From IMG/VR virus record IMGVR_UViG_3300020471_000006, positions 64,001 through 128,000 of that record: a stretch of DNA of 64,000 nt, one strand, 5' to 3'. Below, one piece after another: positions 28,173 to 33,916 of this stretch. Position 1 is the stretch's first letter. Each line of letters starts with the position of its first letter. The notes beneath the pieces are model-generated. The model was not told where the DNA came from and searched no databases. It saw nothing but the letters and a program-made list of their open reading frames with translations. The position numbers and the translations under genes were made by a program. The stretch is from a virus (lineage: Duplodnaviria; Caudoviricetes).

Positions 28173-28421
28173 ATGTCAACTATTTACGATAAATTCACAT
28201 CAAGTGCGATTAAATCAGTCGAAACACTTGACAACACTGTGAAAATAGTTTATAATAGCAATATAGACAAAGAATATGTATTTAATTGCCAAAATATCAC
28301 TCAATTCACTAATAAACTATGTGAAGTATTAACAGCACATGAGTTACTATTAGAGGGAGGATCTGTGGGACGATTTGTTAACAATCAAATCAAAACAGGT
28401 GTCCTTATTGAGAATAAATAA
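28173..28421 (+). CDS. Hypothetical protein, KTSC-like pattern
   Basis: SSAIKSV...VKIVYNSN..KEYVF...GSVGRFVNNQIK resembles the KTSC domain outline. Confidence 0.65.
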   Translation: MSTIYDKFTSSAIKSVETLDNTVKIVYNSNIDKEYVFNCQNITQFTNKLCEVLTAHELLLEGGSVGRFVNNQIKTGVLIENK

Positions 28422-28441
28422 TGTTCCCCTAGTTAATAACA

Positions 28442-28621
28442 ATGGCAAGACACGGTAAGCATAACAAATCATCCAAACTTAAGGATAATTTTGTTAACGA
28501 CTTCGATGATTACGGTTTAGATGTAAAGAATGTAAGGAGGATTAAGAAAAAGAAAGTTACAAAGTTCAAGAATTATGATGATAGTTATTATCATTCAGAT
28601 AATTACAGTCATGGTTATTAG
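28442..28621 (+). CDS. Basic microprotein, 59 aa
   Basis: Hand-translated MARHGKHNKSSKLKDNFVNDFDDYGLDVKNVRRIKKKKVTKFKNYDDSYYHSDNYSHGY. Confidence 0.55.
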   Translation: MARHGKHNKSSKLKDNFVNDFDDYGLDVKNVRRIKKKKVTKFKNYDDSYYHSDNYSHGY

Positions 28622-28630
28622 TTAAGGTAT

Positions 28631-28707
28631 GACAGTTCACAAACTGTCCTCAAATTGTTTCAATTCATTACAAAGCACCTTTCGAGGTGCTTTTTTCATT
28701 TTATAAT
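28631..28707 (+). promoter_or_regulatory. Palindrome-hairpin-promoter cassette
   Basis: GACAGTT-CACA-AACTGTC, hairpin AAAGCACC-TTTCGA-GGTGCTTT plus T-run, TATAAT at 28702. Confidence 0.65.
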
Positions 28708-28731
28708 GAACGAGTCACACGCATTTAATTA

Positions 28732-28968
28732 ATGACAGTCGCAACAGCAACCAAACCAACAGCACCTCGTAAGAGACGCACACGTAAGGTCGCAGTAAAG
28801 ACAGTTAAGGTCACCTCACCACGTAGACCAAGTGCAGCAAAGTTGATTAGTCCTAATCGCTACTGGTCAGACATCAAAGCACGTTGGTCAATTCATCAGT
28901 ACGAAGTTACTATGTTAGCACGTGACCTAACCAAACTTAACAAGTGGGTGAGACAGTTCACAAACTGA
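28732..28968 (+). CDS. Hypothetical protein with basic N-terminus
   Basis: PRKRRTRKVAVKTVK...; 78 aa downstream of cassette promoter. Confidence 0.65.
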   Translation: MTVATATKPTAPRKRRTRKVAVKTVKVTSPRRPSAAKLISPNRYWSDIKARWSIHQYEVTMLARDLTKLNKWVRQFTN

Positions 28969-29028
28969 CCACTAAATTGTTACGAATCTGTTACAAAACC
29001 CCATAAGGGGTTTTTTATTGACTATAAT
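28952..29028 (+). promoter_or_regulatory. Palindrome-hairpin-promoter cassette
   Basis: GACAGTT-CACA-AACTGAC, hairpin AAAACCCC-ATAA-GGGGTTTT plus T-run, TATAAT at 29023. Confidence 0.65.
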
Positions 29029-29053
29029 TAAGGAGTACACACAAAAAAGGTTT

Positions 29054-29200
29054 ATGTCAACACTTCATCACGAGTCATTACTAGAGTCATGCTATGAGGA
29101 CGTAATGGCAGAGATCACCGACACAGGTGATATTGCTATGATGAACAACGAGGACATCGAAAGAGCAGTCCAAATGAGATTCGAAAGCATGTGCCAGTAA
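29054..29200 (+). CDS. Acidic microprotein, 48 aa
   Basis: ATG 29054 after AAAAGG; MSTLHHESLLESCYEDV... Confidence 0.6.
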   Translation: MSTLHHESLLESCYEDVMAEITDTGDIAMMNNEDIERAVQMRFESMCQ

Positions 29201-29250
29201 ACAAACTGTCACCCGACCCCTTCACAGGGGTCTTTTTTTATGTGTATAAT
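29193..29250 (+). promoter_or_regulatory. Palindrome-hairpin-promoter cassette
   Basis: GCCAGTA-AACA-AACTGTC, hairpin GACCCC-TTCACA-GGGGTC plus T-run, TATAAT at 29245. Confidence 0.65.
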
Positions 29251-29275
29251 AGAAGAGTACAACACAAAGGACTCT

Positions 29276-29596
29276 ATGCGTAAGATTGAACAGCAAATGA
29301 ATTCAGCAATCAACAATCGTGTATCATGGCACAACAGCAATACACGTGTTGACAGAATGGGCAACCGTTCAGAGGTTTATTTGCACAACAATCAAATTGC
29401 AACAGTTTATGACAATGGCGATCTTCAACTATCCTCAGCAGGATGGGAGACTGTCACCACTAAGTCAAGACTGAATGCAATTTTAGATAATTTCTTTGGG
29501 TACGGTCTCAGAATATTTCAGAGAGACTGGACCTGGTACATCGGTGACAGTCGTCAAACTGACCTATTCTTTGACGGATACGTCATCCAAAGATGA
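29276..29596 (+). CDS. Conserved phage hypothetical protein
   Basis: MRKIEQQM...VYLHNNQIA...GWETVTTKSRLNAIL...IFQRDWTWY; ATG 29276 after AAAGGA. Confidence 0.75.
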   Translation: MRKIEQQMNSAINNRVSWHNSNTRVDRMGNRSEVYLHNNQIATVYDNGDLQLSSAGWETVTTKSRLNAILDNFFGYGLRIFQRDWTWYIGDSRQTDLFFDGYVIQR

Positions 29597-29607
29597 TATC
29601 ATTATAA

Positions 29608-29633
29608 GGGGTGGCAACACCCCGATTTTTTTT
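29608..29633 (+). terminator. Intrinsic terminator
   Basis: GGGGTG-GCAA-CACCCC followed by GA and a T-run. Confidence 0.65.
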
Positions 29634-29746
29634 AACCTTACCCCTCTAATACTATGGCACGTTACATTGCGTCTTATTGCAATGAAGAGTACATGACGTT
29701 GTTTTTGTTTCTTTTTGCAAAGAAAGCGTGGGATCATGTTGATTCA

Positions 29747-29755
29747 TGTTATAAT
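29747..29755 (+). promoter_or_regulatory. Extended -10 promoter
   Basis: TG-T-TATAAT, GGAG site before ATG 29781. Confidence 0.5.
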
Positions 29756-29780
29756 ATAGAACACCCTACGGAGACTGATC

Positions 29781-29906
29781 ATGGACTGGGAAGAGTATTT
29801 AAAAAATGAACTTGCTTACTATGATGAGCACCCCGAAGAGGATGCCCCTATTATAGAGGCACATACAAATGATTGTGCAATGATTGAGATTTCTTACATG
29901 GATTGA
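29781..29906 (+). CDS. Acidic microprotein, 41 aa
   Basis: Hand-translated MDWEEYLKNELAYYDEHPEEDAPIIEAHTNDCAMIEISYMD. Confidence 0.55.
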   Translation: MDWEEYLKNELAYYDEHPEEDAPIIEAHTNDCAMIEISYMD

Positions 29907-29962
29907 ACCAGTTCACAAAGTGGCACAACTCATGTAGATAAGACAAACCCATTTGCTATAAT
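29907..29962 (+). promoter_or_regulatory. Palindrome-promoter cassette
   Basis: ACCAGTT-CACA-AAGTGGC, 32 nt, TG-C-TATAAT at 29957. Confidence 0.65.
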
Positions 29963-29966
29963 TAAC

Positions 29967-30063
29967 TTGTTGAGGCAAACGCTAGGCAAGGGTGAGCAAC
30001 AATTCAGAAGGATCTTAAATGACCGTGTATTGAACATGGTGATCGTACTGTTTTCCTTTGCTC
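29967..30063 (+). ncRNA. Candidate ~100-nt small RNA (alternatively a 43-codon TTG ORF)
   Basis: Starts 4 nt after TATAAT; helices TTGTTG/CAACAA, ACCGTGT/ACATGGT, GCAAGGG/CCTTTGC; no ribosome site. Confidence 0.35.
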
Positions 30064-30174
30064 TTTATGTTTGGAGACCTCTAGTACTCACAGTTTGAAA
30101 CTGTCAACTCAAATTTGAGTTGCTTGAGTTTTGAAGTTGTAAGTCCTCAACACTCAAACCATTTCATTTATTAC

Positions 30175-30342
30175 ATGTCTGAAACCGTTCGAACTCTCAC
30201 AATCACCGAAGCAGAAGAGACTGCATTGGTTGAGATCATTCGCTACTTCAACGATATGGGTTTACCTGATAACGTTGATAGCACAGATTACGACACACTA
30301 ACTGAGAAGGTGTGCGAACCAGCATTTTGGGAGTACAACTAA
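30175..30342 (+). CDS. Microprotein, 55 aa
   Basis: ATG 30175; MSETVRTLTITEAEETALVEIIRYF... Confidence 0.6.
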   Translation: MSETVRTLTITEAEETALVEIIRYFNDMGLPDNVDSTDYDTLTEKVCEPAFWEYN

Positions 30343-30563
30343 TGGTACAATCTGAATTCTTTGGCAGAACTTTTTGGTTGGGTAAAGATAACCAACTTAA
30401 GAGTGCTGCCACTTTTATTGAAGGTGGAGCAGACTATGACAATTTTGATTATGTCTGCGATTGGACTGACTGGGAGGGTGTCAACTACTATGAGTTATTT
30501 GATGTCATCTCTGAACTAATCACACAAAAGGAGGCACGACTAGATGCGAACCTACCACATTGA
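30342..30563 (+). CDS. Hypothetical acidic protein
   Basis: TAATG overlap at 30342. Confidence 0.6.
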   Translation: MVQSEFFGRTFWLGKDNQLKSAATFIEGGADYDNFDYVCDWTDWEGVNYYELFDVISELITQKEARLDANLPH

Positions 30564-30714
30564 GTGCATGGAAACAAATTGTTTCATTGTTGAGGTTGAA
30601 GCAGAGAGCGAAGACCACGCAAGGGAACTAGCACACAATGACATCAACTCACATGAGGTCATCCAAGAATGGGTGACCGACTGGGAAATTAATTTAATCA
30701 CGGAGGCATCATGA
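30544..30714 (+). CDS. Microprotein, 56 aa (paralogue of 30887..31054)
   Basis: Hand-translated MRTYHIECMETNCFIVEVEAESEDHARELAHNDINSHEVIQEWVTDWEINLITEAS; GGAGG upstream. Confidence 0.65.
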   Translation: MRTYHIECMETNCFIVEVEAESEDHARELAHNDINSHEVIQEWVTDWEINLITEAS

Positions 30715-30890
30715 GTTTTTTTAATCACGTTCAATTGCATAAGTACGACATCACCGACAAGGGGATCTCTCAAGCATGTTATGATGAACTTGTCGCAAGT
30801 GGCAACAATTCAACAGAAGATCAGTTGAGAGTCCTTGCTGATGATATGCGTGAACAGTTCAAAGATTACATGAGACCTTTATTCTCATGA
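30711..30890 (+). CDS. Microprotein, 59 aa
   Basis: Hand-translated MSFFNHVQLHKYDITDKGISQACYDELVASGNN...; GGAGG upstream, ATGA overlaps. Confidence 0.6.
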   Translation: MSFFNHVQLHKYDITDKGISQACYDELVASGNNSTEDQLRVLADDMREQFKDYMRPLFS

Positions 30891-31054
30891 ATCAATTTAG
30901 AGTCGAGTGTTCAGAGGTAAACTACTTCACGGTTTTAGTTGAAGCAGAGACCAAAGAACAGGCAAGCACACTTGCTAAAGCAAATATCAATTCATTTGAT
31001 ATTGAGGATGACTACACCTCAGAAATTGCAATTGAGAACATAGAGGAATTATGA
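30887..31054 (+). CDS. Microprotein, 55 aa (paralogue of 30544..30714)
   Basis: Hand-translated MNQFRVECSEVNYFTVLVEAETKEQASTLAKANINSFDIEDDYTSEIAIENIEEL. Confidence 0.65.
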   Translation: MNQFRVECSEVNYFTVLVEAETKEQASTLAKANINSFDIEDDYTSEIAIENIEEL

Positions 31055-31203
31055 AAGTTGATGTGTATTCAATGCTAGATGGTCACACGGTTGACCGCAT
31101 AGCAGAAGACATTGCCGAAGCATTGGCAAAAAATGGTTATGATGTCTCAGCGATTAGTTGGGACATTGATTGCAACGTACTCTCACCTAACGAGGATCTA
31201 TGA
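31051..31203 (+). CDS. Microprotein, 50 aa
   Basis: Hand-translated MKVDVYSMLDGHTVDRIAEDIAEALAKNGYDVSAISWDIDCNVLSPNEDL; GAGG upstream. Confidence 0.6.
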   Translation: MKVDVYSMLDGHTVDRIAEDIAEALAKNGYDVSAISWDIDCNVLSPNEDL

Positions 31204-31445
31204 AATTAACAACCGATCAACTAGACGGCATCATTGACCAATTTTCTGAAATCATTGTTGATGGCATGGACACAAAGACCCTTTGCCAATATGTGTATGA
31301 TGACCTAGTGGATTACTACAGCAAACTTTCACAAGATGAACTCCAGGAATTCATTATACAGCATGATGAGGATCTCTGGGATGAGTTAGTGGACAATGAA
31401 ACAAGTGTCCCACCAGTGGTTGAAAAATCATTTGGTCTGCTATAA
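31200..31445 (+). CDS. Hypothetical acidic protein
   Basis: 81 aa; its last codons run through the next promoter cassette. Confidence 0.65.
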   Translation: MKLTTDQLDGIIDQFSEIIVDGMDTKTLCQYVYDDLVDYYSKLSQDELQEFIIQHDEDLWDELVDNETSVPPVVEKSFGLL

Positions 31446-31446
31446 T
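31392..31446 (+). promoter_or_regulatory. Palindrome-promoter cassette
   Basis: GACAATG-AAAC-AAGTGTC, 31 nt, TG-C-TATAAT at 31441. Confidence 0.6.
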
Positions 31447-31473
31447 AAGAATGTACACACAAAGGGAGACCAT

Positions 31474-31779
31474 TTGAAAAGACTTGAACTAATCATGGGT
31501 CGTGACATTCCTAACAATGGCACAGTTACTGATTACATGATGGATGAGTTTATTCGCCGTGAGATCATGCCACATTTTGAGTATGGCACTTTCATAGATG
31601 GCGAAGGTCTCTGGAAAGGTGAACTAGAGCAAACCAAGATTTTTTATCTTGAGTGTGCTGATTCTGAAGTGGATGAGCATATGCTATCTTTGAACTGTAT
31701 CGCAGCAGCGTACAAAAAACAGTTCAGACAAGACAGCGTTCTTATCTCACAAGTGCAAACCAACGCAATTTTTAACTAA
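31474..31779 (+). CDS. DUF3574-like protein, possible SAM-lyase fold
   Basis: TTG start after GGGAG; RLELIMGRDIP...GEGLWKGELEQTK...AYKKQFRQDSVL. Confidence 0.65.
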   Translation: MKRLELIMGRDIPNNGTVTDYMMDEFIRREIMPHFEYGTFIDGEGLWKGELEQTKIFYLECADSEVDEHMLSLNCIAAAYKKQFRQDSVLISQVQTNAIFN

Positions 31780-31910
31780 TGAGCATCCGCTACTGGACAC
31801 CCAACGACCAACGCAACGCAAGAACAATTTCATTTTCTAGCAAAGAGAAAGCGTTGGACATGTTAGCATTTTATCAAGGTGCTGGCATACGTTGTGAATT
31901 GTGTTACTAA
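31779..31910 (+). CDS. Microprotein, 43 aa
   Basis: Hand-translated MSIRYWTPNDQRNARTISFSSKEKALDMLAFYQGAGIRCELCY; TAATG overlap. Confidence 0.55.
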   Translation: MSIRYWTPNDQRNARTISFSSKEKALDMLAFYQGAGIRCELCY

Positions 31911-31953
31911 GTGTAACAGGGTGATGGGCAACCGTCACCCCATCCTCTATAAT
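31909..31953 (+). promoter_or_regulatory. Degenerate palindrome arm + hairpin + -10 box
   Basis: Right arm AAGTGTA ends 32 nt before TATAAT (31948); 9-bp GCAA-loop hairpin 31919-31940 covers the -35 position. Confidence 0.55.
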
Positions 31954-31959
31954 AAGAGC

Positions 31960-32223
31960 ATGAACAAAAACATTTTCCTCACAAACGAATCTGCTCGCCG
32001 TGACCCAGTTGTTCAGGCAGCAATGAAATCAATCCTCGCTCGCATGACTGAAGAGCATGACAGAGCATCCGCAGGAATCGCACCTCACACAGTTGAGGTT
32101 TCACCAGTCAACTTTTTACAGGATGTATTGGATGACTTAGGCGACCCTCAACTCAGAGACCGTGAGCGTGAGGAGTATTTTAGGAACGGTTGGGGCGACA
32201 GTCGCAACGGTTGCTACTACTAA
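31960..32223 (+). CDS. Hypothetical protein, probably leaderless
   Basis: ATG 31960 lies 6 nt after TATAAT; MNKNIFLTNESARRDPVVQAAMKSIL... Confidence 0.65.
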   Translation: MNKNIFLTNESARRDPVVQAAMKSILARMTEEHDRASAGIAPHTVEVSPVNFLQDVLDDLGDPQLRDREREEYFRNGWGDSRNGCYY

Positions 32224-32234
32224 CAGTCTAGCAC

Positions 32235-32261
32235 ACCCTGTCCCTGAGACAGGGTTTTTTT
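32235..32261 (+). terminator. Intrinsic terminator closing the accessory region
   Basis: ACCCTGTC-CCTGA-GACAGGGT followed by a T-run. Confidence 0.8.
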
Positions 32262-32337
32262 GTGATCCCCCGACCGATGGGGTCGCCGAGCGAAAAACGT
32301 GGAACCTTTGTAACCTACAAACGTTTCCCAGAGCGTG

Positions 32338-32344
32338 ATAAATA
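32338..32344 (+). promoter_or_regulatory. Candidate late promoter (ATAAATA)
   Basis: Intergenic, first promoter after the terminator, ahead of the morphogenesis block. Confidence 0.5.
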
Positions 32345-32421
32345 TAATTACGAAATTCATATTTCAAAACCTTGATTTTGAAAAAAATTTTCCAGCAAAA
32401 AATTCGCCGAAAAAGTTTATC

Positions 32422-32607
32422 ATGGCATATAGAGAGTTAAGTAAAGCAGAAAAGGTTGCGAGGTGGTTTAACCAACGAAGAATCGGAACTGCTATGCTGC
32501 ATAAGAAAAGTATCCGATGGTTCCAAAAGAAAACTGGGTTATCGAATTACCAAATACAGTGGTTAAGTTTCGCTGAGGGTGTTATACTAGCAATAATCAT
32601 ACTTTAA
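32422..32607 (+). CDS. Small protein with C-terminal membrane anchor
   Basis: ATG 32422; WFQKKTGLSNYQIQWLSFAEGVILAIIIL. Confidence 0.65.
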   Translation: MAYRELSKAEKVARWFNQRRIGTAMLHKKSIRWFQKKTGLSNYQIQWLSFAEGVILAIIIL

Positions 32608-32610
32608 AAA

Positions 32611-32844
32611 ATGGCAGAAGTTACTACAAGTGAGATTCTAATGCAGATGATGCAACTGCAAAATAGAGTCAATGATGTCGAAAGACAACTAGATCGCCGT
32701 TTGACACTTTTAGAGAAACGATTCGAACAATTCGAATTAGACTCAAGGTTCAAACAGGATCCTATAAATGACCCCCTTGCAGACTTGCCAGGTATGTCAG
32801 GTGGTAAACCAGTGTCAAGTTTCGGCAAAGGAATGGGATTATGA
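32611..32844 (+). CDS. Small coiled-coil protein
   Basis: MQMMQLQNRVNDVERQLDRRLTLLEKRF heptads. Confidence 0.65.
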   Translation: MAEVTTSEILMQMMQLQNRVNDVERQLDRRLTLLEKRFEQFELDSRFKQDPINDPLADLPGMSGGKPVSSFGKGMGL

Positions 32845-33113
32845 CCAAAGAACAATTAAACTACTATGAAAAGGCGTTAGCAGATTTCGACCACTTTTGT
32901 GATGAATTTGAAAACGCAGCAAACCGAAGATTTCAGGGGATAGATGATGACAGCAGACAACCACTCACTAACGAACAGATACAACGAGCAACTCCAGACG
33001 CTGTACAAGAGATTGAACAGCTTGGAGGAGAGGGTGAAGAATTTAGAACACCCTCAATTGATGTACAAGCCACCGCACTCGGAGGAATACTTGACGTTAG
33101 CGAAGACTCTTGA
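32841..33113 (+). CDS. Hypothetical acidic protein
   Basis: ATGA overlap; overlaps the next ORF by 170 nt. Confidence 0.5.
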   Translation: MTKEQLNYYEKALADFDHFCDEFENAANRRFQGIDDDSRQPLTNEQIQRATPDAVQEIEQLGGEGEEFRTPSIDVQATALGGILDVSEDS

Positions 33114-33162
33114 TGACATATATGAGAAGATTGATATTTTAGGACGCTATACAGGTGGATGA
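32944..33162 (+). CDS. Small coiled-coil protein
   Basis: LQTLYKRLNSLEERVKNLEHPQLMYKPP...TLDDIYEKI; amphipathic pattern. Confidence 0.55.
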   Translation: MMTADNHSLTNRYNEQLQTLYKRLNSLEERVKNLEHPQLMYKPPHSEEYLTLAKTLDDIYEKIDILGRYTGG

Positions 33163-33272
33163 AGAAACTTATAAAGAGATCATGTTAATTCATGACATTA
33201 TATCGATAAACACTCTACATCTTTCTATGGGTAAGTTTATCGATAGTGTACAGATAGCATTGGAGAATAAAG

Positions 33273-33578
33273 ATGCCAGCAGCAGCGACTAAAGGAAGTG
33301 AAGTAACTACTGGACATGGGTGTGATGCAACCACCACTATCGATGGTGGTGAGTCTTCTGTGCAGATTGGTGGTCAGGACGCTGCTGTCGTAGGTTCGAA
33401 CCTGACTACACATAATGCACCAGCAGGTGATAAGTGTTTGCCACATGCTACGAAAGTAACAGAAGGATCCTCAAGTGTCGAGGTGAATGGGAAAGCACTA
33501 GCAAGAGTTGGTGATGGTATATCATGCAGTGATGGTGGCGAGATCAGTTCAGGTAATACCAGTGTTATTGCAGGATAG
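33273..33578 (+). CDS. 5.4: PAAR-type baseplate spike tip (T4 gp5.4-like)
   Basis: MPAAAT-x-G...GHGC...H...CLPH...GSSSVEVNGKALARVGDGISC. Confidence 0.85.
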   Translation: MPAAATKGSEVTTGHGCDATTTIDGGESSVQIGGQDAAVVGSNLTTHNAPAGDKCLPHATKVTEGSSSVEVNGKALARVGDGISCSDGGEISSGNTSVIAG

Positions 33579-33596
33579 AGAATCTTGTGATATAAT
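33568..33596 (+). promoter_or_regulatory. Sigma70-type promoter
   Basis: TTGCAG-17 nt-TATAAT with TG extension. Confidence 0.6.
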
Positions 33597-33617
33597 GGTG
33601 ATAGTTTATTTCAGTTT

Positions 33618-33767
33618 ATGGCAATCCGTAAATCAATTAGTGGGAACCTCGTTACGATTGAGGCAAAACCTAAAAAGACTCGTCAAGGGTCTGGTCAGCA
33701 TACTAAGTATTCTGCTTCTAGTAGAAACAGGGCTAAGAAACGTTATAGAGGACAGGGTAGAATATAA
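33618..33767 (+). CDS. Highly basic microprotein, 49 aa
   Basis: Hand-translated MAIRKSISGNLVTIEAKPKKTRQGSGQHTKYSASSRNRAKKRYRGQGRI. Confidence 0.65.
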   Translation: MAIRKSISGNLVTIEAKPKKTRQGSGQHTKYSASSRNRAKKRYRGQGRI

Positions 33768-33916
33768 TGAGTGAAGAATTTACTCGCATTGCTAATTCGC
33801 TTGAACGAATTGCGACTGCATTAGAGCATCTACATATCGAGAAAATCGATCATGCACATATAGATGACATTGGTGAGATACATGGAGATGTAATAACTCA
33901 TCCAAAACAGTTCTGA
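33767..33916 (+). CDS. His/Asp-rich microprotein, 49 aa
   Basis: Hand-translated MSEEFTRIANSLERIATALEHLHIEKIDHAHIDDIGEIHGDVITHPKQF; TAATG overlap. Confidence 0.6.
   Translation: MSEEFTRIANSLERIATALEHLHIEKIDHAHIDDIGEIHGDVITHPKQF

Noticed and set aside
29654-29809. 51-codon ORF MARYIASYCNEEY...
   Set aside because: Runs through a promoter and overlaps the better-supported ORF at 29781; no clear ribosome site; could be a remnant but unsupported.
21787-31953. CRISPR array or classical integron from the repeated palindromes
   Set aside because: Copies are degenerate and separated by hundreds to thousands of bases of genes; no cas or integrase gene in the window and no attC-type RYYYAAC...GTTRRRY arrangement.
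33387-33406. tRNA T-arm-like GGTTCGAACC
   Set aside because: Inside the PAAR coding sequence (VGSNL); no acceptor, D or anticodon arms. No tRNA genes were found in the window.
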